In this document: piece by piece, positions 12,962 through 25,090 of the stretch | Layout: each line of letters begins with the position of its first letter | Numbering within the stretch: position 1 is the stretch's first letter | Assembly: GCF_006345805.1 (NCBI RefSeq) | Contig: NC_043002.1 | Coordinates: 53,692,001 to 53,756,000, forward strand | Origin: Octopus sinensis | Lineage: Eukaryota | Length of the DNA: 64,000 nucleotides | Reading direction: 5' to 3' | Made by a program: the position numbers and the translations under genes | Notes under the pieces: generated by a model | What the model was told of the DNA's origin: nothing | The model's input: only the letters and a program-made list of their open reading frames with translations | Database searches by the model: none

Positions 12962-13022
12962 GAGAGACCAGAGTGTAAGTACACCGATATATATATATAT
13001 ATATGTAAGTATATCTATATTA

Positions 13023-14508
13023 TCTTTATATATAAAAAATCCTTTCCCTGTTTGTTTGTCCCTTATGCATTCTCAAACAGCTCCACCAAATCGGATCAGA
13101 TTTTACAAGGTAATACTATTAGATCCCGCGAGTGTCAACATGTAATTTTTATTTTCAATTGCATGAAAACAATATAGCATTTTGTCAAAAATAATCTTTC
13201 TATAGTCAACTATACTAAAAGTCATTTTATACTACGACAACGACATCACATTTTCCATATGAGTGTGTATTTGACTGTGAATGTGAGCGTATTTGCGAAT
13301 TCGTTACGTATGACAGAGCAAATGACATTTTATACGATGACGACACATTTTGTACATAAGTATGTATGTGTCTGTCACTGTGTGTGAGTGTTCACGCGTT
13401 CATTGCGAGCGACATAGTAAAGGACATTTTACACGACAACGACGACGCATTTTGTATATTAGTGTATATGTGTCTGTGAATGTGTGTGTATTTGCGCGTT
13501 CGTTACGTACCACATAATAAAGGACATTTTATACCACCTCCAACACCACGACACATTTTGTATATGTGCGTATGTGTATGTGAGTATGTGTGTTTGCTTG
13601 TGTGCTTGCATGTCCGTTACGTAAATGTATGTCTGTATGTCTGTCTTAGTATATGTATGTGAGTGTATGTGAGAGTGTATGTGCGTGTCCGTGGATGTAA
13701 GAGTGTATGTGTGATTGTCAATCACACTGATGTAAACTGGCTATTGTTTCCAAGTAATGAAGTGGTTGATAAACTCAATCATGAACTTCAAAACTAACAG
13801 ACACATCAGAAATGACTTTTTCATTAATACACAAAACGTTCCCCCAGGATCAGGCTGTTCAATAACCTGTTGAATTTCTGAACACACTTCAAATCCACTG
13901 GGATGCCATTGCATAAGTTGACACTGAAGCTGAATGCTTCTATTATGTTCCTTAGGAATCTTGAACCACATCACCTGTGTAATGGACCTCGCTTAATTGT
14001 TACTTCCATGAAGCCCTATATCCTACAGGTAACAAAATCACAACAGGCATTGACAAAGAAGAAAATAGCTTTATCCCAAAATTCCTTCTCTTACCTACAG
14101 ATGTTCCATTTGAGTTTAAAAGGTTTCAGTTTTCAGTCAAACAAAGTTTTTGTCTTTCAATTAACAAATCTCAGCGTCACCCCACAAAGTAGTTGGGCTT
14201 CATCTCTCTGCTACATGCCTCTCCTACGGCCAACACTATGTTGGTTGCTCACCAGCTGGAAGCAGCAACAATTTATTCATTTGGATATTCAACAAAAAAT
14301 TACACAGTGAATATTTTTTATCCCGAAATCCTTCAAGATTGACAGTTTTTCCGTTCTAAATTCTATTAGCATTACAATTTGGATTTGTTTTAATATAATA
14401 TATATATTTTAAACTAATTATGAGAAAAAATATATATCTTCATATTAATTGTTTACTAACCAGAATAAGAACAGCACTAGCATGGGTAACCCCGGGTAAC
14501 GCAGCTAA
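13023..14508 (+). mobile_element. Internally deleted Helitron with Pif1 helicase remnant (~13760-14290)
   Basis: A|TCtttatatataaaa 5' end. GMPLHKLTLKLNASIMFLRNLEPHHLCNGPRLIV and TDVPFEFKRFQF...SINKSQ are Pif1 motifs. GC-rich 3' end gggtaaccccgggtaacgcagCTAA|T (CTAG variant). Confidence 0.8.
13225..13570. repeat. ~100-bp minisatellite (3-4 degenerate units) inside the Helitron
   Basis: Recurrent gacgacacattttgta, gtgaatgtg..gtatttgcg..ttcgttacgta and aaaggacatttta blocks. Confidence 0.65.
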
Positions 14509-14512
14509 TATG

Positions 14513-14551
<39 letters not shown>

Positions 14552-14665
14552 ATATATAATATATATATATATATATTTATAAATTAAATTAGAGATACTG
14601 TGAAATTTGATTTAATCCTAAATCTAATTTTTCCCTGTAAGTTTGGATATACTCCTTAATATCAT

Positions 14666-14742
<77 letters not shown>

Positions 14743-14835
14743 ATGATATTAAGGAGTATATCCAAACTTACAGGGAAAAATTAGATTTAGGATTAAATCA
14801 AATTTCACAGTATCTCTAATTTAATTTATAAATAT

Positions 14836-14884
<49 letters not shown>

Positions 14885-15171
14885 TATTAGCTGCGTTACC
14901 CGGGGTTACCCATGCTAGTGCTGTTCTTATTCTGGTTAGTAAACAATTAATATGAAGATATATTTTTTATTCTCATAATTAGTTTAAAATATATATATTA
15001 TATTAAAACAAATCCAATTTGTAATGCTAATAGAATTTAGAACTGAAAAACTGTCAATCTTGAAGGATTTCGGGATAAAAAATATTCACTGTGTAATTTT
15101 TTGTTGAATATCCAAATGAATAAATTGTTGCTGCTTCCAGCTGGTGAGCAACCAACATAGTGTTGGCCGTA
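14225..15171. repeat. 947-bp near-perfect palindrome centred on an (AT)n tract (~14677-14731)
   Basis: tacggccaacactatg...gcagctaatatg...agagatactgtgaaatttg...atcattatatatatacat is mirrored by atgtatatatataatgat...caaatttcacagtatctct...catattagctgc...catagtgttggccgta, with only a few mismatches. Confidence 0.95.
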
Positions 15172-16590
15172 TATATATATGTATATATGTATATATTATA
15201 TATATATGTATATATGTATATATATATAGAGAGAGAGGGGGGAGATGTACCTCGTTTTAGTATTTGGTTTGAAAGATTCTTGGTGTAAATTCGTGCATTG
15301 GTGTAATTACCTTTCAAAGACACAAGAAGATAGATATAAAATATATCAAATAAATATAGCAGTACTTAGTAGGTGAGTTGCATCTAATAACTTCATTAAA
15401 CATAAAGCACTAATTTAAGCATAAAAGTCACATGCATTCTAACATTTATAAACATTTATGATATCTGTAATTGGGAGTGAAACAGTAGAATCCACCAAAC
15501 TGTTGATACTTTGCCTGGAGACGTTATAAGTATAGTTTCGAACGTTACAACTTTCCAATTCAACGCGGCAAAATATTTTATTCCATTCTGCAAACTTTGG
15601 GAAAATGAGATTTGAAGTAAGCAAATGGCTTGTAGCAACATCTTAAATACTTTCAAGTTTATCGTTTTATGTGGAGTCGATACCCACCTTGAATGTTACT
15701 ATATCGATGTATATATTTAAATTTCTTTTTCATTTCAAAAAGCATTGGGAACTGTACGCTATCTTAAGTATCAATCGATTAAATTTTAAAAAAGAGGATT
15801 CACTCGTATTCTTTTTATGTGTTCTATATAAGTCGCACAGTTCGGATAAAAATGATTTCGTATGCTCAATAAATCTACTTTCCAAAGAAGTAATGTAAGA
15901 GGTTTCGAAAATCTTTCTAAAAATTGGTGTTTTCATTGATTTTCAATGTACAGCACCCAGAGCACTTTGAACTTTAATTAGACTTCTCGAAGTTGCTGAA
16001 TCTTATGCAAAGCGTCTCAATGCCAATGTTTTAGATGCTTGATTACAGCAAAACGAGTATTTATTTGATTTATGTTGGAGCATTTTAATACAAAAGTTGC
16101 TTCATTGACGGTTCTTGTTTATGATTTCCCCATTTTGCTAAGATATGTTTTCATCAGATTTGACTGAGTATAGATAAAAAATGATCATGATTTCTTCCAG
16201 TATTAAAGGATTAATTACAAGAGACATAACATAGTCAGGTAGCCGGGCTGCCTAATGCCTTTTATCTCAACATGATTAGAATAATTTGACAACATTATAT
16301 TATCTGAATTATTTTCATTTGGAAAATATCTTCTTGTAAATTTTATTGATCAATACGAAATTAAAAGTGCCTAATGGAACTATTTAATTATCTTCGGTGT
16401 TACTTCCTGCTGTAATATTACCAACGCTAATGCGATATTTGGCACTTTCTTATGCCATTTTTTTTATAATTAAGAATGCAAACCAAAGAGACAACATACA
16501 AACTTTGCACCTGAAACTTTGCACCACTTATGTTATCATTTGATATAATTGATTTTTAAGATAATTTGCACAGATATGATGATTTTGATT

Positions 16591-16640
16591 TTTCCAGTTT
16601 CAGCTAATGAGCTGTGGCCATGCTGGGGCACCGCCATTTA
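16591..16640 (-). mobile_element. Isolated SINE-B/CR1 3' tail immediately downstream of tRNA-Asp
   Basis: Minus strand: ggcggtgccccagcatggcca-cagct-catt-agctg-aaactggaaa. Confidence 0.75.
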
Positions 16641-16651
16641 AATTAAGATGC

Positions 16652-16723
16652 CTCCCCGGCGGGGAATCGAACCCCGGTCTCCCGCGTGACAGGCGGGGAT
16701 ACTTACCACTATACTACCGAGGA
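16652..16723 (-). tRNA. tRNA-Asp (anticodon GTC), 72 nt
   Basis: TCCTCGGTAGTATAGTGGTAAGTATCCCCGCCTGTCACGCGGGAGACCGGGGTTCGATTCCCCGCCGGGGAG. Complete cloverleaf with G7-C66 pair and intact A and B boxes, near-identical to metazoan tRNA-Asp. Confidence 0.95.
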
Positions 16724-19239
16724 GACTTGTAAAATAAAATTAGCTTCAAATCTGCAGATTTTCGTTCGATTTTTCCTTCTTTCATTTCTGAAAGTTGAAA
16801 CCTATCAACATGACTCCAATACCCATTAATTTCTACCTGGGTGTGACAAATGCAATAATAAAAGCTGTCAACAAGCAGAATTCATGACCCAGTTTCTATT
16901 CCTAGTTGGAGTGTCTTCATAGGAAAAAGTTAGAGAACATCAAACAATCTTACTTCCTTCTATATTTGTAATTTTACGTCTACGTAAGAAATCAATAATT
17001 TCCAGTTGAAGAATATCTTATTTAGTTTCAGCTACCATTCTAACACAAATGTGTGTTTCTGAAACATTAACTCAGACAAAATAAATTCATAAAGAAATTC
17101 CATTTGTTTCGCCTAAACTAAATTAACGAAACTTTTTTACCAAATAAAATTTATAGTGTTTTAATAGTTTTAGCGGTGGATAATAATCTTATTCGTCTGT
17201 AAGTTTTTCAATCATTTTATTGCAGCCTTAAAATTGTGGAAAGTGATTTAACTTTAAAAGAAGACTTCAATAAATCAAAATTAGTTTAAAATGCGTTGAT
17301 GGTACTTAACATCGCAGATGCATGTTTATCTTTTCATTGAAGTTGGATATGTAATTTGTTTAAATATAAGGTGACATTTGTTATAATTAGAAAATCCATT
17401 AATTTCGTAGTGTAATTACGGTTAATCGTCGTATTTCAGCGTTAAACAATCTAATGTTTAAGCAAGAAATAAATTGTTTTAAATGTCTGAAATTATTAAT
17501 TTTGTTAATAAACGTGAAGTCGGGAAGGAAACTCCTTTTCTGAACAGCTTCACCTGTTTATAAAATAACTGATTTATTGATTCATTTGCTACATCTCATC
17601 GTAAGCTTTTAATAGTGATGTAATGTGGTCTGCTCTTCTCTTGTAGTAGCTGTTTATTCTAAATTCAAAACGGATGTTTAAGGGCACAAAACAGAGAATA
17701 TTTCTCGGAGCCATACTTAAGAAACCAAGCGAAATATATGCTTTTAAAATAAAACTCAATAAAACTATGGTGCCGCATCTTTGAATGCATTTACTTAATT
17801 GAAGGACATGTTATTTACTATACATATTTACCGTTGACAGTATTATGTTTACTGATGGCATGTCTTTTTTAAGGCAACATGTCCAACAATTCCCCTCTTG
17901 TGGGGAAAAGTACAAAGCATTATTAAAAGTGTTGTAGACACAAACGTCTCCACGAAGCTTTTCTAATCATGTACTACGCAGTGTAATCTAACTCGGGATG
18001 TTGTAAACCTGACGCAAACTACTTAGCCCTTCATATTTGTAGAATAGCAGTAAACTGCCTATTGCTAAGAATATTTCAAATATGTTGAAACAAATAGCTA
18101 TATTCAGATGGAGGTAATTCTTGTCCGGAATGGATTCAATATAATCTTTTAATTTTACATTCTTGATTCTCGAATTTGAATTAATGAGAAGGATCAACCA
18201 ATACCAGTTCTTGCTGGTTATCGCAGTTCAACGTTGACAATGATTCAAAACATTCCAGTTGTAACAAGCCAGCTGTTGTCATTTCATTCATAGGGTTATC
18301 TAAGATCACACTACCCAGTGTGAGTTTGTTTTTGAAACAGTAGGGTAGAATTCTATGAAGATTTTGCTGATACGTCTAGCAGGTCAATTGTCCCGCTCAT
18401 TGGCCTGAAATAGTTAACAGTTATGCGCAGTGGTCGGTTCGATTAACCAGACCGTCTTTCAACAAGAATTGGTATTATGCTTGGTCATGGTCATAATTTT
18501 AAATTGCATTTAAATCGATAATTTAAAATTCTTTTCACATTCAGAGATTAATTCTTTTGTTTTTCAGCTTAGTGTTTTAATGTAGCACATAAAATTTAAT
18601 TCTAAATGGCTTTTTTTTTATTACGATTGGGCATAAGGTCATTTTTTCCGATGACGAATGATGTAATCGATTGAATCGACTTCATTATATTACTGAGCTT
18701 TTTTTTATCGATCCAACAGTGAATATTGAACTCACACATAGATCAACGTACAAAGCTATGTTCTAGAATGACATATAATACAGATGAATTATCGATTATA
18801 TCGAGTATTTGGTTAGCCTAAGATCAGCCCAGAATTAGTTATGAATATCCCACCTTCTTTCTGAAAGAGTACAGTTAAAATCGCATCATCCAACGGGTCC
18901 TTTGCTAAGTAGTTTTAAATATAATTACAAGGTTATTTGATAATTATATAGAGCAGTAAGAGCAACAATGTGGAAGTTCCCAACTTGGGTTTCCGATCAT
19001 TTTGTTTTAAATAATGCTGATTATAGTGTGAGGTTCTTAAATTTTAATTTTTGCCCTTTCATTGAAGAGAATAGCAAGAGCAATTTCTATAAAATGTCTT
19101 TGAGAAATAGGAGGAAGAGGCGAAAAGAAGGAGTGAGAGAAGGAAGAGAATGAAGAACAGAAGAAAAGGAAAAGAGAAGGGTAAAGGAAAGAAATAGAGG
19201 GACCATTGACAATATCAATATTGATTACAAATATTGGCG

Positions 19240-19645
19240 CAAGGCGAGTAAATTTGGGGAGGGGGTCCAACTGGTACTTATTCTCTCAACTGCGAAAGGA
19301 TGAAATGTAAAGTCGATCTCGACTGCATTTGAAATCAGAACGTAAAATCGGAAGAAATGCTTCTAAATATTTTTCTGACGCAGTAACGATTCTGCCAGTT
19401 TGCCATCTTCATTTACCAAAGTCAGTATTAGTTTCAAATTTTGGAATAAGGCCAGCAATTTCGAGGCGAGAGGGGGGGGTTAAGTCGATTACATCGACCC
19501 CTGTACTCAACTCATCTTATCGATCCTGAAATGGTTGAAAGGCTAAGTCGACCACGGTTGCATTTGAACCCAGAATGTGAAAACGGACAAAATGCTGCTA
19601 AGCATTTTGTGCATGGTGCTAATGATTTTGCTAGCTCGCCGCCTA
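19240..19645 (-). mobile_element. Two family A SINE copies
   Basis: Same reverse-complement motifs as 7950-8290. Confidence 0.7.
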
Positions 19646-20139
19646 TGCCAATAAGAATGCTGATAAATATTTTTGGTGGGCTCAGATGAAAAATTTTGAC
19701 TGGTGGCATTTCGTGTGTGTATGCATAATATATCACAAATGAATATAAAATACATACAAATGTATGCAGCTAAAAGTGTATATAAATCTGTTTCAGTGGA
19801 TATATAAGATAAGAAAATTTGCTCGTCTTCGGACGCATATGTATGATATATATCAAATAAATGAAATGTGTGTGTGATTAAATTTGTGCATATTTGTGTC
19901 TACAATTAAATATCGAAATAAGCAAGAAACTTTATATGTATTCATATTAAGATAGAGAACTGTTTGAAATACCAGTGTTTGAAATTTCATAGTTTTTCGT
20001 GTTATATACACAATCAGCAATTATTAAATAACGATCGAATAATCATACATTTCTTAGGAAATGTTATGCCGATTTTCTCGGACACTTTCCGTATATTTTG
20101 TTACTATGGTACTCTATGAATTTTACCTTGTTTCAGCTT

Positions 20140-20440
20140 GACTGTGCACGCCGTCAGTTACGACGAAGAGTGTTCCATTTGATTCGACCAACAGAACATT
20201 CTGATCGTGAAATTAACGTGTAAGTGGCTGAATTCTCCACTGACATGCGTGGCCTTAACGTAATTCTCAAGAAGATTCAACATGACATACAAAATGTGAG
20301 AAGGTTGGCCCTCTGAATTACAGGTAAAACTCATTTTTGCCAGCTGAGTGTATTGGAGTGAAATGAAGTGTCTTGTTTAAGGGGACCTACTTATGACCTT
20401 GAGCTGAATATCCTAACACACTAAGTCACGCATCTGCACT
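20140..20440 (-). mobile_element. Family C-related SINE, decayed
   Basis: gccagctgagtgtattggagtgaaatgaagtgtcttg...ctaacacactaagtcacg matches the family C head region. Confidence 0.55.
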
Positions 20441-20719
20441 TTGTTTCAAATTACCACTTTAATATCATTCAGTGCTTGAGATGGTATTTTCTCAGATCTA
20501 GAACATAATTCACTACTGGATAGTGGTTTTGGAATTCTCTTGTCTTAGCCTAGCCATTTCGTGCAGGCACATTAAACGACAGTTTCCATACTTGCAATAT
20601 TCGGTAACTCCAAAATTCATATATTCTCTAAAACGTATTTTAAAAAAATGTGAAAAGCACATTTTGGCTAAAAGCGCTCTGACTGCTTGACATGTTTTGA
20701 ATATAAAGTCCATGCTTCA

Positions 20720-21611
20720 CAATTATGCAGGAAAACGGAGGTTATGCATGCTTTGAAAATATATATTTGTGCCATTCCACTGAGTGACCACTTAGACTCA
20801 TGTGCTAAAGACTTAAACCCCAAATTCTATATATTCCCCTTCTACCAATGTAAAGACGGGATCACCACACAGGAGAGAATTAACAAGGAGAATCTCTTTA
20901 TTGAAAAATTCCAAACACAACTTAATATGCAAACTCCTCGTTGATCAAACTTCCTTTCTCTACCTCACTCTTCATGGATGGACTAACACAAATATATAAA
21001 GATACCATGCATTCATCACTTCAAGCTAAAACTTATATTCTTTAAATATCAATTTTACTATTGTTGTTATTACTATCATTTTTATTATAAATGATATGAC
21101 AATTTGAAATGCAATTGTCTATGCAGATTTATATAATTAGAAAATAATATAAATAAAGTGTTAAAATCTGAAAGTTAAGTTAACAAGCAATTATATAAAA
21201 AAGATAACGCAAATGAAGCTAAAATGATAATTTTATAATTTGGGTTTTATTGAAGAACTCAAAAGAGTTGTCTCCCCTTACTCACAACACAGGAACTGAA
21301 GAACCAGAACCACAATTACTACTACTTCCTGTCCTGCACACATGCTGAATTAAACAACACAACACATGCTCTTAATCCCTTTGGATCTTAACACCTCAAG
21401 GTAATTTTTTCGTGAACAACCATAAAACTCAAGATACACAACGAACTCACAATGTATCGGAGAACTTATTTTTTAATTTTTGTACATTTTTATCATTATT
21501 CTTTTACAAAAAACAATGCAATTTTCTTTTTTCCCCTTACTAATTTGTAAAAAACTTTTTAAAACATAAATATTCTTGACAAGTCATACAATGACGAAAA
21601 CCGGTTGAATA
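20720..21611 (+). mobile_element. Penelope-like element 3' fragment: GIY-YIG C-terminus, 3' region and decayed hammerhead (21571-21611)
   Basis: AIPLSDHLDSCAKDLNPKFYIFPFYQCKDGITTQERINKENLFIEKFQTQLN. Motif tattc TTGACAA GTCAT aca ATGAC GAAAACCGGTT gaata. Confidence 0.65.
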
Positions 21612-21706
21612 AATATATATTTATATATTTTATCAATTTCTCATTTTATTAAAATTTTCTTTCATTTGAGCATTCTGCATTTAAAAAAAAAATTTCCTTA
21701 CTTATA

Positions 21707-21805
<99 letters not shown>

Positions 21806-21829
21806 AGAACTTTTGCTTAATAAGGCTAT

Positions 21830-22190
21830 ATAGATATTAGAGCATTTATAGATAGGTCTTACAGCTGTTTCTAGGATATTAATTAATAATATCCCTTCAT
21901 CGGAGACGGTGTGAGAGGAAAATTTAGTCATAGTTAGTTTCGATGTGATACAAAATAGAGAGTGAGGTGGAAGAAAGAAAATAGATGTAAGATATGTATG
22001 GGTATTGAAGTTGTAAATTCGTTTTATAGGCATAATGGTATATATGCAATAGTCCAATATCCTTTGAGTAAAATCCAAAAGTCCAACAGAGTTTAATATG
22101 AGTCCTTCCAAATATAGAGTTTATAAGCAATGTATGATTCCCTTATGAGGGAAATCCAACAGATTTTTAAACTTGGTCATTCTCAGTAGG
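21830..22190 (-). mobile_element. Penelope-like element 3' fragment
   Basis: KGIIHCL*TLYLEGLILN resembles the GIY-YIG C-terminal TLxPxGLN motif, and a hammerhead motif follows. Confidence 0.55.
21856..21907 (-). ncRNA. Minimal type-I hammerhead ribozyme motif (U4C variant)
   Basis: gtct CCGATGA A GGGATATT attaatt AATATCCT A GAAA CAGCTG TA agac. Stem I 4 bp, stem II 8 bp, palindromic ACAGCTGT stem III. Confidence 0.65.
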
Positions 22191-23049
22191 GAATTTATAT
22201 AGAGTGCTGCAGAGTGAAAGGTTTGTATTTAAAATGACCTAGAAATAAGGAGCGTATTAAGTATAGTTAAATTTAAAACACGAAGAGAGGAATGAAATAA
22301 AGAGAAAAAAGGAAAAGAAAAAAAGAGGATAGAAAGAAAAAATGAAAGAGTAAGGAGAGAGAGGATTAGTAAAAATAACAAAATAATAAAAAATAAATAT
22401 ATATAGATAGATATACATATACATACGTACATATATATTTATATATATACACACACGTACACTCGCACGTACACACACGCACGAGCGCAAGCACACACAC
22501 ATACACACGCGTACACTCAGACACTATCTCCCGCACACACGCACGCATACACACTCACACACACACATAACGTTGAGACAATACGGGCTTTCTAATTTCT
22601 CAAATGTTGCCAAGGCTTCTGAATTACGCCTGCACTTGCATCAAGATTCTTCTCCGTATATATCTATACCCGACATGTTGCGATGATATATGAAGAAAGG
22701 TACGTTTTGCAACGTACTACCATTTGCTTATACAGCAGAATCCCTACCAGGCTTTTCTATAAAAAAGGGTTAATAAAGAATACTTCCGTAAAGAATTAAT
22801 GTGAGGCCTAAACTTTTATATACTAATAAACTTTATCTCTAAAAGTTTAAATTACTTCCTCGTGGAGCAACAGAGCACAAGATTTTCTTTTAAATCGGAC
22901 ATCCAAAACTAGGAAAGGTAGCATTACGACGTTTCAGACCTGACTACTTAATAGTTATAGAATAGCGTATATAAATACCCCCAGGGCAGTTTTTAAAAGG
23001 CATTTATGAAACAATGTAATGAAGCATACGGGGAATATATTAATGGAGT

Positions 23050-23187
23050 CTGTTATATGTTCCAGTTTTACACTATCGCTGGCTGAAGATGCTGTCGAGT
23101 ACACTTTGCCACTTACAATATGCGCTCGCATGTTATCATGAGTGTCCCGGATGATATTTGTAAATTTATCAGGGAGACCGAGATACG
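23050..23187 (-). pseudogene. RTE-clade reverse transcriptase fragment
   Basis: YLGLPDKFTNIIRDTHDNMRAHIVSGKVYS resembles the RTE motif GxPxKFxxIIRxxHDxM. Confidence 0.55.
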
Positions 23188-23232
<45 letters not shown>

Positions 23233-23526
23233 GACGGATGTTCATAAATTGCTTCTATGCTCTTATCGCATCACTTCTGAATATGAATAGCAATAGTAAC
23301 ATAGCTAAAAATATACACACACATATATGTACAGCTATCCTTCCATATATATATATATATACATACTTACATATACGTATACATATATGCATTTCACAAC
23401 TTAAAGCATTTTTAAAAGAGTTGTCTTCTTGAATTTTTAATCGAGAATTAGACGTTTTTGTTTGTTTGTAGGTATGTGTGTACCTGCGTAAGTATGTCAG
23501 GTGTGAGTTTGTTTGTGTGTGTATGC

Positions 23527-23595
<69 letters not shown>

Positions 23596-24169
23596 GTGTG
23601 TTTGTGTGTATGTGCCTGTAATTGTGTTTGTGTTTATGTTTTTTTTCCTTAAATGTTTTAAAGTGTAAGTGATTGATGGCTGATTTCTTTCTCGGAATAT
23701 TAATGTTACCTTCTATTTAGAAACATCACCGTCTGCATAATAATAACAATAATATTGACAATGATGATGATGATGATGATGACGATTTGCATACGAATCT
23801 TTGTTGTCGTGTCAACGATGTACATTAGTTTCTTTGCCGAATTTTCTTCCCTTTAATGATGATGCGAAAAGACATACTACAGTATGGACAGTTCCATTTA
23901 ATGGCCCTTCCGCATTTTCCCATGTTATTTCATTTGCTTTATATATTCATTTATTGCTTTGTAATTATTCTGGTTTATTGTTACGTGTATAGAAATAGAA
24001 ATTCGGAATCTGGAATCACGTTTTCTGTCTTGGGGCATTTGTATTTTTAATATTTCATCTAAAAGTTCTTAGATTGTCTATAGAGAAATGAAAATAACAA
24101 ATTTTAAAAATGTGTGACAAGAAGTTTCTTCCCAGTCCCATGATTTCGGCACAATGGGCAAATATCTTC

Positions 24170-24485
24170 TTCGATAGCCCTAGGCCGACCAAACAGACGG
24201 AAACTGAAAGCCTATAATATATATATTTGCGTATGTGTGTGTATGTGTTTCTATGTGTGTATCTATGTCTCTTAGTGCTTGTGTTTGCCGCACCACTACC
24301 ACATGCCAACTGGTATTGGTTTTGTTTACATGCTCGTAGCCTAGAGGTTCGGCAAAAGAATATGATACCAATAAGTTCCAGGTTTTAGAAAAAGAAGTAC
24401 TGACATCTATACATTACACTACGTCCTTCAACGCAGTACGCCAGTATGGCAACATTCCAATGACTGAAACAAATAAAAGATAAAA
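24170..24485 (+). mobile_element. Family B SINE, 5'-truncated and decayed
   Basis: ggccgaccaaacagacggaaactgaaagcc...ggttcggcaaaagaatatgatac...atgactgaaacaaataaaaga. Confidence 0.7.
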
Positions 24486-24879
24486 TATTAGGTAAAATAT
24501 AAAGTACCAAACTTGTTGAGGTAAACCATAATCAATCAGGTCCAAGATCAATCGAATTTCTGTCGAGCCATTACTGCTCCCAGATTTTGTTCGAGATATC
24601 GCCTATCTTGTTTCATATTTCCATTTCATCCTTCATTGTGTATCGGTTGGAAGGATGTAATTTGAGGGAGGTACGAGTTCCTATTTCTAGCAAACCAACT
24701 AACCACGTAAAACCTATAATCTAATGAAGCCGAAGCCTATCATCTATGTGAAATGGAAATGGGTCTCCTTCGGTTTTCGACAATGCATGTTCCACTTGTT
24801 CGATCAACAGGACGACCTTTTGTTTGATTTAGCATATAAGTGACTGAGTCTTCCTCATCCATGTGTACCATTGATACTA

Positions 24880-25090
24880 TTCTCTGAGAGAATCAGAGAA
24901 ACAAAATGCGGCAAGGCCACCCCTTTAACTTCTAAGAACGGTGCATGGAACGGTCGATAGAACTGACATGCAATTGCTGTCTACCTAGTTTCACTGACGG
25001 GGGTCACCTAAAGCTTACCGAAAATAACACGCAGTGGGATTGAACCAGTAACTTCGTGATAACAAAGCGAACTTCCCTATTCGCCATATC
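24880..25090 (-). mobile_element. Family C-related SINE fragment
   Basis: aacacgcagtgggattgaaccag is the reverse complement of a B-box region. Body is similar to 20140-20330. Confidence 0.45.

Noticed and set aside
16100-16160. CTGATGA...GAAA on the minus strand
   Set aside because: No stem I, II or III pairing.
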